NCBI GenBank assembly: GCA_964649715.1
Contig: CAZYTH010000006.1
Coordinates: 6,341 to 70,340 of the forward strand
Direction of reading: 5' to 3'
Source: an uncultured Candidatus Saccharibacteria bacterium
GTDB taxonomy: Bacteria; Patescibacteriota; Minisyncoccia; Phycocordibacterales; UBA12445
DNA: 64,000 bases
The notes under the pieces are model-generated. The model had not been told where the DNA came from. It saw only the letters and a program-made list of their open reading frames with translations, and searched no databases. The first letter of the stretch is position 1, and every line of letters starts with the position of its first letter. Shown piece after piece: positions 1 to 9,378 of this stretch. A program made the position numbers and the translations under genes.

Positions 1-384
1 TACCCAATAACTTCCGTTGAACCAAATTCAATTATATTTTTTAGCGATATTAATAGTGATAAGATTACGGAAAGGTTGCGATATTTTGTTGAAGGTGGTC
101 ACTTGAAAAGAGGGGTCGTTTTTTCGGAAGGAACCCCTCCATCATATGATATTTTTAAGGAAAGTGTTTCCATTATCGTTCGTGACATAGTTTCTGAGAA
201 TGTATTCTTTTATTTTGATACAAACTATGAGGGGACTGGAGAACAACTTACTCATCCTATAAATATTCCAATAATAAAATTAATCAAAATAAAGTTAATA
301 ATAGATCTTGATAAAGGGGAAAGAGAGGTTCCTTTTGAAATATCAAGTCAGGTTTCTATAAGAAATCTTAAAGACAACCTCTGA
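1..384 (+). CDS. Minor pilin (PilW-like), C-terminal part; open from window start
   Basis: Frame 1 is open from base 1 (YPITSVEPNSIIFFSDINSD...). It ends in SQVSIRNLK, typical of CPR PilW-like pilins, and lies directly upstream of a PilX-like gene. Confidence 0.55.
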   Translation, partial: YPITSVEPNSIIFFSDINSDKITERLRYFVEGGHLKRGVVFSEGTPPSYDIFKESVSIIVRDIVSENVFFYFDTNYEGTGEQLTHPINIPIIKLIKIKLIIDLDKGEREVPFEISSQVSIRNLKDNL

Positions 385-1854
385 TTGCTTTTGAAAATGT
401 GTAAAAATAAAAATAATACAATAAATAATAAAAATAGGGGGGCTATTTTAATACAACTACTTGTGTTCAGCACCTTGTCTGCTGTTTTGATAACCGCCTT
501 GGCGAATTGGAGTGCTGTTAATTTGCGTGCGGGAAGGAAGGAATACGCTAGAGAGGTTGCCTTTCAGGTTGCGGAGGCGGGAATAGATTATTACAGATGG
601 CATTTAGCTCAAGCACCACTTGATTTTACGGATGGAACAGGGGAGTCCGGCCCCTATATTCATGACTACAAGGATAAGAACGGAAACATTATTGGAAGTT
701 TTTCTTTGGAGATATTTCCCCCTGAAATTGGAACAACAAAAGTTACCGTAACTTCGACTGGAAAGGTTTTGTCAGACCCAAACATTTTCAGAAAAATAGA
801 GGTACAGTTTGCAAAGCCGTCTCTCTCAAAATTTGCAGTTATTACCGAAAACACAATTAGGTTCGAAGAGGGGACAGAGGTTTTTGGACCAATACATTCA
901 AACGGTGGAATAAGATTTGACGGTTTCGCACACAACATAATCTCAAGTTCTCTAACTGACTATAACGATCCTGATCATTTTGGTAACAAAGAATTTGCCG
1001 TTCACACCCACGTTTCTCCTGTGGATCCTAATCCTCCGTCAAACGTACCGGTAAGAAATGATGTTTTTGGAGCAGGGAGACAATTTCCCGTTCCTGCTAT
1101 TGATTTTGGAAAATTTACAAATGATCTTTCAGAAATTAAAACGAAGGCACAAGAAGATGGTCTATATTTTTCTAGCTCTGGCAAAAGTGGTTATCATGTA
1201 ATTTTGAAAATAGACGATACTCTTGAAGTCTATAAGGTAACAGCTTTGATTTCTGTTCCTCAAAATTGTACACAACCATTGGGTCAATTTGGATGGGGAA
1301 CATGGAGTATTAAAAACGAGGAGTTTATTGGAAGTTACGATTTTCCACCAAACGGATTGTTGTTTTTGGAAGATCATGTTTGGGTTGAAGGTCAGATAGA
1401 TACTGCAAGATTAACCATAGCAGTTGGAAAATTTCCTGAAAATCAAGGGCAAGAAAGAAACATAACTGTTAATAATAATCTTCTTTACACAAATTACGAT
1501 GGAAGGGATGGTATCGGACTTATTGCTCAGGGAAATATAAACGCAGGAATGGTGAGTGCAGATGTGTTAAGAATAGACGCTGCTCTTATCGCTAAAAACG
1601 ATAGAGTCGGGAGATATTATTATTCTCCGCCTTCTGACAAAAAAGATAGATGTTCGCCTTATCACATACGAGATACTATAACTTTATATGGTTCATTGGC
1701 GACAAATAAAAATTACGGTTTTTCTTATGAAGATGGAACTGGTTATCAAAATATAAATATTATTTATGATGCTAATTTATTATGGTCTGCTCCACCAGAT
1801 TTTCCGCTAACCACAGATCAGTATCAGATAACTTCTTGGAAAGAAATAAAATAA
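385..1854 (+). CDS. PilX-like minor pilin/pilus assembly protein
   Basis: Basic leader ending RG|AILIQLLVF, a hydrophobic helix and the AFQVAEAGI PilX-type motif, followed by a large beta-rich domain. Confidence 0.7.
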   Translation: MLLKMCKNKNNTINNKNRGAILIQLLVFSTLSAVLITALANWSAVNLRAGRKEYAREVAFQVAEAGIDYYRWHLAQAPLDFTDGTGESGPYIHDYKDKNGNIIGSFSLEIFPPEIGTTKVTVTSTGKVLSDPNIFRKIEVQFAKPSLSKFAVITENTIRFEEGTEVFGPIHSNGGIRFDGFAHNIISSSLTDYNDPDHFGNKEFAVHTHVSPVDPNPPSNVPVRNDVFGAGRQFPVPAIDFGKFTNDLSEIKTKAQEDGLYFSSSGKSGYHVILKIDDTLEVYKVTALISVPQNCTQPLGQFGWGTWSIKNEEFIGSYDFPPNGLLFLEDHVWVEGQIDTARLTIAVGKFPENQGQERNITVNNNLLYTNYDGRDGIGLIAQGNINAGMVSADVLRIDAALIAKNDRVGRYYYSPPSDKKDRCSPYHIRDTITLYGSLATNKNYGFSYEDGTGYQNINIIYDANLLWSAPPDFPLTTDQYQITSWKEIK

Positions 1855-1945
1855 TATTTAGGTTTCACAGCGATTTTTCTGAATAGTTTTGGTGGATATT
1901 TTTTTTAGTTTAATATTTTAATTGCATTCGGTATATAATATCTTT

Positions 1946-2689
1946 ATGAAAAAAGGTAAGCTCGTTATCGTTAATTGGGGAATGTGGCCGGAAACTTTTC
2001 GCGAAGCATTTATGTTATCTAAAATTTTTTCTAAAAATGTTCTTGAATTTAAAAATATTTTTTTTGTTTTATGCCCACCCTCACCTTTCATTCATCATGT
2101 GCGTTTGAATGTTTCTCAAAATAAAAATATATCAATAGGGGCGCAGGATATTTTTTATGAAAACAAAGGAAGATACACAGGGCAAGTCTCATCCAAAATG
2201 CTTAGGTCTCTTGGCGCTAAATATGTGGTAATCGGTCATCCCGAGAAAAGAAAAACAGGAGAAACAGATGAGATTATAAATAAAAAAATAAAATTAGCGG
2301 TTAGGATGGGTCTCAAGGTTATATTATTCGTGGGAGAAAGAGAGCGAGATGTTTCAGGAAACTATTTCAAGCAGATTGGTTTTCAAATAAGAGAGGGTTT
2401 GAGAAACATTCAAAAAAAATATGTCAAAGAACTAATAATTGTTTATCGGCCACTTGTAATCGTAAAGGAAAATATTTTTTGTGAAACGGAAGAGATACCT
2501 CTTTTTATTAAAAAGGTGCTTGTTGAAATGTTTGGCAGAGATGCTGGTTTGTCCATAACAATCATATATGGAGGTTTTATTGATAAAAAAAATATAAGAA
2601 TTATTTTGGATAATGTTAATTTAGGAGGATTGTTTCTTGAAAGGGAAGATGCGGAAATTTTAAATTTTCTTAAAAACAAAAAAGAATGA
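1946..2689 (+). CDS. tpiA: Triosephosphate isomerase homologue with degenerate catalytic motifs
   Basis: GAQD, G-YTG-VS, IGH and YGG motifs, adjacent to pgk. The NWK motif reads NWG and YEP reads YRP. Confidence 0.8.
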   Translation: MKKGKLVIVNWGMWPETFREAFMLSKIFSKNVLEFKNIFFVLCPPSPFIHHVRLNVSQNKNISIGAQDIFYENKGRYTGQVSSKMLRSLGAKYVVIGHPEKRKTGETDEIINKKIKLAVRMGLKVILFVGERERDVSGNYFKQIGFQIREGLRNIQKKYVKELIIVYRPLVIVKENIFCETEEIPLFIKKVLVEMFGRDAGLSITIIYGGFIDKKNIRIILDNVNLGGLFLEREDAEILNFLKNKKE

Positions 2690-2735
2690 TAACGTTTCAT
2701 TGTTTCGTGTTTAATATTTTTAATTTAGTAATTAA

Positions 2736-3848
2736 ATGAATATACCAACGGTAGCTGAGTTTGGCGATTTGAGAAAAAAGACGATTCTTTTGCGTCTTGA
2801 TTTGAATGTTCCTATAAGGGAGGGAGTCATTGAGAACAATTATAGGATAGACCGTTCTTTAAAAACAATCGATTTTTTGAAAAAATCAGGAGCCAGAACT
2901 GTGATCATTAGCCATATCGGTTCTGACAATTCTGAAAGTCTTTCTGTTGTGGCCAAGTATTTAAAAGTTCCTCTTTATCCTTTGGTAATTGATGATTATC
3001 TGAAGGGGGTGGTTAGGGGGATGGGTGATGGTGAGGTTATTATGTTAGAAAATTTAAGAAAAAATGACGGGGAAAAAAATAACGATGATGATTTTGCAAA
3101 AAAACTTTCTGGATTAGCTGACATTTATGTGAACGAGGCTTTTTCTGTTTCTCATAGAGAGCATGCATCAATTGTTGGCTTACCGAAATACCTTCCTTCT
3201 TTTTTTGGTTTTTTGTTTAAAGAAGAGATAGAAAATTTATCTCTGGCTCTTGAGCCAGAGCATCCTTTTGTTTTGGTTTTGGGTGGTGCGAAATTTAGTA
3301 CGAAATTACCACTTATTAAAAAATTTTTGAAAATTGCTGACAAGATATTTATAGGAGGTGCTCTTGCAAATAGTTTTTTAAAAGAGATGGGATATGAAAC
3401 AGGAAAATCTTCTGTTGACGAAAAGGAATTTGGGTTAAAGAATCTTATGGAACAAAAAAATATTTTTATACCGCAAGACGTTGTTGTAGACACTCTTGGT
3501 AGTGTTCGTGTAAAAGATATCGATTTGATAGATAAGGAAGATATCATAATGGATATCGGACCTGGATTCTCTAAAAAAATAGAGGATGCCGTCATTGGTT
3601 CTAGATTTATTTTATGGAATGGACCTCTCGGTTTTTTTGAAAAAGGTTTTTGCGAATCGACCAAGGGTCTTGCTATTGCAATTTCCAAAAATGAAATAAA
3701 GAGCATTATTGGAGGAGGAGACACAATATCGGCCGTGCAACAACTTAAGATATCTGATAGATTTACTTTTATATCTTCGGGTGGTGGGGCGATGATACAA
3801 TTTCTTGCAAACGGAAGTCTTCCTGGGATAGATGCTATCGTGGGATGA
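2736..3848 (+). CDS. pgk: Phosphoglycerate kinase
   Basis: RLDLNVP, LENLR, GGAK, WNGPLG, GGGDT and SSGGGA motifs. Confidence 0.97.
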   Translation: MNIPTVAEFGDLRKKTILLRLDLNVPIREGVIENNYRIDRSLKTIDFLKKSGARTVIISHIGSDNSESLSVVAKYLKVPLYPLVIDDYLKGVVRGMGDGEVIMLENLRKNDGEKNNDDDFAKKLSGLADIYVNEAFSVSHREHASIVGLPKYLPSFFGFLFKEEIENLSLALEPEHPFVLVLGGAKFSTKLPLIKKFLKIADKIFIGGALANSFLKEMGYETGKSSVDEKEFGLKNLMEQKNIFIPQDVVVDTLGSVRVKDIDLIDKEDIIMDIGPGFSKKIEDAVIGSRFILWNGPLGFFEKGFCESTKGLAIAISKNEIKSIIGGGDTISAVQQLKISDRFTFISSGGGAMIQFLANGSLPGIDAIVG

Positions 3849-4040
3849 TTATTGAGACATCGTGTCTGTTGTATAATTTTAAATTTACAATTTTGCAATT
3901 TTCAATCAATAGTTAATTTACAAGTAGCCAATTTTCAAACAATTTTTACGTAAGAAAATTAATTTTTTTGTAGATTATAAATTGAAACATTGAAAATTTA
4001 ATTAAAATTAGAAATTGATAATTTAAAATTTTTTATTGTA

Positions 4041-4817
4041 ATGTCCAAAATACAAAATACCCGCCCGCACCGAACAGAATATTCGGGCGAGGCAAAATAC
4101 AAAATAAGAGTTATATATGAAGACAAAGATATTTTGGTTATAGATAAGCCAAGCGGTTTGTCTGTTCACGGCGATGGCAAGAGCGATGTTTACACTCTCT
4201 CCGATTGGATATTGGAGAATTATCCAGGTATTAAAGATGTTGGAGAGCCGATGATATCATCAGAAGGAAAAAAGATTGTTCGACCAGGGATAGTTCATCG
4301 TTTAGATAAGGATACTAGTGGGGTTTTGATCGTGGCAAAAAAAGATGAATCTTTTAAGTTCCTGAAAAGGCAATTCAAAGAAAGAGAGATGGGAAAAATA
4401 TATTTAGCAATTGTTGAGGGTAGGTTCAAGGATGAGAGTGGCATTATTGATAAACCAATTGGTAGAAGTGAAAACGATTTTAGAGCAAAGACAACCGGGG
4501 CTTCGGCCAGAGGAGAAGTTAGAAGCGCTATTACTTATTATAAGGTTATTGAACAATGTAACGGTTATTCGTTTCTCGAAATAAGACCCAAGACAGGAAG
4601 GACACACCAGATAAGGGTTCACTTAAAATCTATAAGTAAGCCTATTGTTTGCGACCAAATATACGGTAAAAATAAAATTTGTCCTAAATGGTTGGGGCGC
4701 CTAGCTCTGCATGCGTTTTCTCTTGAAATAAGGGTGCCAGGAGGCGAGAGAAAGTTGTTTGTTTCGCCCCTGCCTGTGGATTTGAAAAGGGCTCTTGATA
4801 AAATAAGAAGTTTATGA
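4041..4817 (+). CDS. RluA/RluD-family pseudouridine synthase
   Basis: DKPSGL, HRLDKDTSG, TGRTHQIRVH and LALHA motifs. Confidence 0.95.
   Translation: MSKIQNTRPHRTEYSGEAKYKIRVIYEDKDILVIDKPSGLSVHGDGKSDVYTLSDWILENYPGIKDVGEPMISSEGKKIVRPGIVHRLDKDTSGVLIVAKKDESFKFLKRQFKEREMGKIYLAIVEGRFKDESGIIDKPIGRSENDFRAKTTGASARGEVRSAITYYKVIEQCNGYSFLEIRPKTGRTHQIRVHLKSISKPIVCDQIYGKNKICPKWLGRLALHAFSLEIRVPGGERKLFVSPLPVDLKRALDKIRSL
4060..4092. repeat. 33-bp CCCGCCCG...CGGGCGAGG palindromic insert in the rluA 5' end
   Basis: GC-rich hairpin between two CAAAATACAAAATA copies, related to 31407-31441 and 56709-56743. Confidence 0.65.
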
Positions 4818-4844
4818 TAGATTTCAACTACTTAAAATAGTCAA

Positions 4845-5258
4845 ATGAAAACATCAAATATAAAATTTTCGCCAATAGATGTTGAGGAGAGAAAACAATT
4901 CTCCGCTCGTTCGGGTGATACTGTTAGGGTTTCGGTAAAAATAAAAGAGGGAAACAAGACTCGTCTTCAGGATTTTGAAGGAATTATAATTGCCAGAAAA
5001 CATGGTACAGAGCCAGGTGCTACTTTTACAGTTAGAAAGATGGCTAGTGGTGTTGGTGTGGAAAGGATTTTTCCTTTATTCTCTCCAAGTATTGAAAAAA
5101 TAGTAATAAAGAAAAAGGGTACCAAGGCGAGGAAGTCTAAACTTTATTATATAAGAGAAAAGGCTCAGAGAGATGTAAGGAGGAAACTCAAGAGCGAAGT
5201 TGTGAACGAGCCAAGAGATAATAAAGAGGAACTAAAAGAAGAGTCAAAAACAGAATAA
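4845..5258 (+). CDS. rplS: 50S ribosomal protein L19
   Basis: [22 protein letters not shown] and KLYYIR motifs. Confidence 0.97.
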   Translation: MKTSNIKFSPIDVEERKQFSARSGDTVRVSVKIKEGNKTRLQDFEGIIIARKHGTEPGATFTVRKMASGVGVERIFPLFSPSIEKIVIKKKGTKARKSKLYYIREKAQRDVRRKLKSEVVNEPRDNKEELKEESKTE

Positions 5259-5263
5259 AATTA

Positions 5264-5288
5264 AAAAGAGCGGTTAGACCGCTCTTTT
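5264..5288 (+). terminator. Intrinsic terminator after rplS
   Basis: AAAAGAGCGGT-TAG-ACCGCTCTTTT hairpin. Confidence 0.7.
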
Positions 5289-5336
5289 AGTTGAAATTTT
5301 ATTTTTATTTTTGCATAATTATGAAAATTGGAATAT

Positions 5337-5420
5337 GCGCAGATGGCGAAATTGGTAGACGCACTACCTTGAGGTGGTAGCGCCCGCAAGGGCATGGAGG
5401 TTCAAATCCTCTTCTGCGCA
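5337..5420 (+). tRNA. tRNA-Leu(GAG)
   Basis: Acceptor GCGCAGA/TCTGCGC, anticodon arm CTACC-TTGAGGT-GGTAG, long variable arm, GGTTCAAATCC T-arm. Confidence 0.95.
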
Positions 5421-5785
5421 CAAAACAACCACCCAAAAGCGAAAGCTTTTGGGTGGTTTTGTTTTACACGCAGAAGAGGATTTGAAGCCCGATTGAGTAT
5501 TTTTTGTAGCCTGGAAAAGGCGTACAAAAAATCCAATCGGGGTACTGGTCCCGTAAGGACCAAATCCTCTTGAGTCTATAAAAGCGAAAGCTTTTTGTTT
5601 TTTTGCTTGTAGAATAGAGACCCAAAAGACGTATCTTGTATAAAGAAAGATAGGCTGGTTGGAGTACTTAAAATTTTCAATGAAGATTAGTGCGTGATCA
5701 AAACCCCTATATTGATAGACAAAAAAGTATATTTGTTCTAGCATTTATTCAAAAGGTACATTGAACACATAAGGAGGCTTTTATT

Positions 5786-6085
5786 TTGGTTAAATTTAAA
5801 TCAGGACATTTTTCGGTTCAAGATTTTCCTAAAGATAAAATTGGTGACTATCCGATAGAGATACTATATAAGATATATCGGTACGCTTATAAATGGGCAA
5901 CGCTTATTGAGGAAAGGATGAGAATTGGTTTAAAATTAAGTTCAGTTGCGGAAGAAACTCATTATGAGTCAAACACAGAAGGTCTAACTTATATAATGAG
6001 AGAAAAGGCAATTCTTATTCTTGAAGAAGTTTGGTTTTACGGTCCTGAACTTCGTAGATGGTATGAGTTGCAAAAAGATAGGTGA
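5786..6085 (+). CDS. Hypothetical protein
   Basis: AAGGAGG Shine-Dalgarno before TTG; followed by a hairpin and T-tract. Confidence 0.6.
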   Translation: MVKFKSGHFSVQDFPKDKIGDYPIEILYKIYRYAYKWATLIEERMRIGLKLSSVAEETHYESNTEGLTYIMREKAILILEEVWFYGPELRRWYELQKDR

Positions 6086-6167
6086 TTTTTATTCCAACCC
6101 TTAGTGGGTTGGTTTTTGTTGTAAAAAAATAAAATATTTGGTACTGTTTTTGATAGCTAGCAAATAT

Positions 6168-6239
6168 GGTGACTATGGTGTAGTGGTAACACAACGGTCT
6201 GTGGATCCGTTATCGCCGGTTCGAATCCGGCTAGTCACC
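6168..6239 (+). tRNA. tRNA-His(GTG)
   Basis: G-1 present, acceptor GTGACTA/TAGTCAC, loop CTGTGGA, GGTTCGAATCC T-arm. Confidence 0.93.
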
Positions 6240-6253
6240 CACGAAAAAACCGC

Positions 6254-6856
6254 TTAAAGCGGTTTTTTATTTTCCTCAGCTTTTTTTATAAGTTCTTCGT
6301 ATATACTACTGCCTTTTAACGCAATGTTAGAAGCCCGCTTTAAATCATGGCTAGAAACATCTTTTAGATTAATTATTCTTTTTAGCGCTAAGTCTCTAAT
6401 TTTTGCATTATCAAGTTGATCGTATTTATTTGCCAAAGAAAGAAGGGTTTCACAATCCCCAGTTAAATTTATCAGTTTTTTCAATGCTATCTCCCTTGCG
6501 TCACTTATTAATTTTAATCCTAAGAATTCATTTAATTCTTTTTCTGTATTTGTTATGTCTCTTGCGATCTTTAATTCGATCCTTGCTTGTATTCTGCCAT
6601 TTTCCCTACCGAAAGATAAATCATTTTTTTGTCCGTCTTCCGAGAGAGATATCAAGTATTTTCCTGTTTCAAAATCATTAATTGAATTAATTTGTTCGCT
6701 TAACCATGAACGTATTGCTGCTCTTATTTCGTCTTCATTTTCATCGTTTATTTTTCTTTTGAAACCGTTAAAAGTTTCTTTTAATTCATTAATACTTTGG
6801 GTAACGTTTTCTTGAACCATATTTGCTTCTTGTTTTTGAAGATTTTTCATTTCCAT
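6254..6856 (-). CDS. Hypothetical helical protein
   Basis: 200-aa E/K-rich ORF, divergent from the next gene. Confidence 0.65.
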   Translation of the reverse strand: MEMKNLQKQEANMVQENVTQSINELKETFNGFKRKINDENEDEIRAAIRSWLSEQINSINDFETGKYLISLSEDGQKNDLSFGRENGRIQARIELKIARDITNTEKELNEFLGLKLISDAREIALKKLINLTGDCETLLSLANKYDQLDNAKIRDLALKRIINLKDVSSHDLKRASNIALKGSSIYEELIKKAEENKKPL

Positions 6857-6928
6857 AAAAATAATTCTATATTTGTATTACAAAAAAAGCAATATTTTTT
6901 ATTTTTCTTACTATGTTATAATTTTTGG

Positions 6929-7621
6929 ATGGAAAATTTACCAAATAATAAAAATCCAAACACAACAGAATATCATACTTCTGTTATTAAAAAGATAGAA
7001 AAAGCTATGACTGATATGGTTCTTTCTCTAAGGGAGAGAATAGACAGCGGGGAATATTCGTTGATAATAAGCGATGAGACAAGCGCGAGAATACCGACCT
7101 TAATACTAAGAAAAATAATCAACGAAAGGAATAAAGAAAATAATAAAGACAAAACAGACAAAGAGAATGAAACAAAAACCTCTTTTTTGACTTTTCGTTC
7201 CAATCACTCTGAGGATTTGTTGACTGAAGAGCTTTTTAGGGATAATAAAAATGAAAAACCGAAACGCGTTTTGGTTGTTACTGAATTTGTTCAGTCTGGA
7301 AAGGGTCTTTCTACAATAGCCAAAAAGTTAAAAGAATATAATATAGATTTTGATTTTGCGATAATGAGAATTGCTCTTGGAGAGGATTACGTTAAGAAAA
7401 ATAACGAAGAAATTAAAGACGTTGATTTCTTCGTTGGTGAAGATTATCCGCTACCTCCAGCTGTTTGGCAGACAGAATACTTAACAGGAGTAACAAAAAA
7501 AAATAACGAAGTTCATTCGAAATTGCTTGAAAAAACACCTTATTCTCAAGAATATATTAATTTAGCAAGAAAAGATATTAATATTATGGCCGAAAAAATA
7601 TTAGAAAAAGTTTGGGGTTAA
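6929..7621 (+). CDS. Hypothetical protein, phosphoribosyltransferase-like fold
   Basis: RVLVVTEFVQSGKGL resembles a PRPP-binding loop; ATG follows a TATAAT box. Confidence 0.5.
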   Translation: MENLPNNKNPNTTEYHTSVIKKIEKAMTDMVLSLRERIDSGEYSLIISDETSARIPTLILRKIINERNKENNKDKTDKENETKTSFLTFRSNHSEDLLTEELFRDNKNEKPKRVLVVTEFVQSGKGLSTIAKKLKEYNIDFDFAIMRIALGEDYVKKNNEEIKDVDFFVGEDYPLPPAVWQTEYLTGVTKKNNEVHSKLLEKTPYSQEYINLARKDINIMAEKILEKVWG

Positions 7622-7727
7622 TTCTCGTTGCTGGCTTATGTAACCTATTGAGTTTTTGGCTTGTTCCAGTAGTATGACAGAAGATATAGTTTCTTTGAAA
7701 ACAAAAAATAAGAAAAGGGAGGAAAAA

Positions 7728-8696
7728 ATGTCAAAAATAAGGGAATCGATTGTTCTTGTTGGTGGTGGAGGTGGTGTTTACCGTGTTGCTAAATTTTTAA
7801 AGTACATACGCCCCAACATCACTACAATTCAAACTACTTTTGATCATGGTGGTCATTCAGGATCTTTGAGGGACGAAAGAGGTATTTTGCCACCCGGAGA
7901 CATAAGACAAGCGATTCTTGCTCTTTCTGACGATCGTATTGCTCCAAGTTTACGTGCGCTTCTTTCTTATCGTTTCGTTCCCAAGAATGGCTCTAGTCTA
8001 GATTCTGCGACAGTCGGTAATATCTTGCTTACTGCTTTAGCTGAAATAAACGGCGGAAATATGGTTATTGCTATAAATACTCTTTGCGAGTGGTTTCGTG
8101 TGAAAGGCAAGGTTCTTCCTGTTAGTCTTAACAATGCAGAGCTTTGCGTTAAACTTTCAAATGGGTTAATCGTTAGAGGAGAGGGTTTGATAGACAAAAG
8201 AGAGGCTTCTGATGATAGTTTCATTGTTTCGGCTTTTTTGGAGCCAGAAGCACATCTTTACTCTGAAGCTTACTCTTCGATTGTCGATGCTGACAAAATA
8301 GTTTTTTGTCCAGGTGATCTTTTTACTTCAATTATCCCGAATACGCTTGTTTGTGGTTTCAAGGAAGCCATAAAAGAGAGCAAGGCAAAGATAATCTTTG
8401 TTACAAATATAATGACCAAAAGATCAGAAACTAATAATTTTACCGCTTCAAGGTTTTGCAAGACACTGCTTCAGCATATAGGACGAGATTTTTTTGATGT
8501 CGTTGTTTGTAATAATGGTAAGATAAGCGATTTTTTGAGAGATTCTTATAAAAAAGAATTTGCTCGAATGGTTAAGGTTGATCACGATTCTCTCCTTAAA
8601 TATACAAAGCAAATCATTGCAACTTCTTTGGTTGATGAAACTGGAGGAATTGTTCGGCACAGCGAGAGGATTGCCTCTGTTGTCGCAAGCCTATAA
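7728..8696 (+). CDS. YvcK/GlmR (UPF0052, CofD-related) family protein
   Basis: VGGGGG, DHGGHSG-LR, PPGDIR, PG-LFTSIIP and C-terminal RH motifs; strong SD before ATG 7728. Confidence 0.9.
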   Translation: MSKIRESIVLVGGGGGVYRVAKFLKYIRPNITTIQTTFDHGGHSGSLRDERGILPPGDIRQAILALSDDRIAPSLRALLSYRFVPKNGSSLDSATVGNILLTALAEINGGNMVIAINTLCEWFRVKGKVLPVSLNNAELCVKLSNGLIVRGEGLIDKREASDDSFIVSAFLEPEAHLYSEAYSSIVDADKIVFCPGDLFTSIIPNTLVCGFKEAIKESKAKIIFVTNIMTKRSETNNFTASRFCKTLLQHIGRDFFDVVVCNNGKISDFLRDSYKKEFARMVKVDHDSLLKYTKQIIATSLVDETGGIVRHSERIASVVASL

Positions 8697-8870
8697 GACG
8701 CTTATTTTGGGCGTCTTTTTTGTTTTTTGTAATTTATCAATGTTTTAGTTTTATATTTCGGGGTGTTTCCAAGCTATTGAACCATAACGGCTTTTTTGAC
8801 TTTAATTTTACTGTATGTTATAATTAAAAGAGATTCAGTACATTAAATTTTTAAAAATAGGGGGGGAAAC

Positions 8871-9296
8871 ATGTTTCTTTTTGTGTTGATGTTTGTTCTC
8901 AATATTTTATTTTTGGTCCTGTCGGTGGTTATTCACGAGGCATCGCATCTGATTGCGATGTACCTTTTGGGGATAAAACCTCAAAAACCAGACATTAAGT
9001 TATTTTGCATCCCAAAGGACTTTGATAGTCCAATGGGATATATCGACTCAATAAACCATGTTTGGACCGGTCCAGACGTTTCTGAATCAGAAATGAAAAA
9101 AAAGATTTTTATTTTTGGTTTTTCTGGAGGCTTTGGTCTATTTATCGTTTTTTTCCTTTTTTCTTTGTTTTTATTTTATTTTTCATCAATATTTTTTATT
9201 TTTCTTGGATTGCCTCTCTTAACAAACGCTATTGTTCAGCTTTGTTATGGTTTTTATGAGGGGTGGTATCTCCAAGATCAGTTGAATTTTAAATAG
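8871..9296 (+). CDS. Small membrane HExxH (M50-like) peptidase
   Basis: Hydrophobic helices with IHEASH. Confidence 0.55.
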   Translation: MFLFVLMFVLNILFLVLSVVIHEASHLIAMYLLGIKPQKPDIKLFCIPKDFDSPMGYIDSINHVWTGPDVSESEMKKKIFIFGFSGGFGLFIVFFLFSLFLFYFSSIFFIFLGLPLLTNAIVQLCYGFYEGWYLQDQLNFK

Positions 9297-9378
9297 ACCC
9301 TATTTTGGGGTCTATTTTTTTAATTACAAGGTGGCGATTGTAAAAAATAAATGTATAATTGTTGTAAAGATAATTAAT

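Noticed and set aside
3152-3898. 248-aa antisense ORF and the many other shadow ORFs on strands opposite core genes
   Set aside because: They fully overlap well-supported genes and reflect codon bias.
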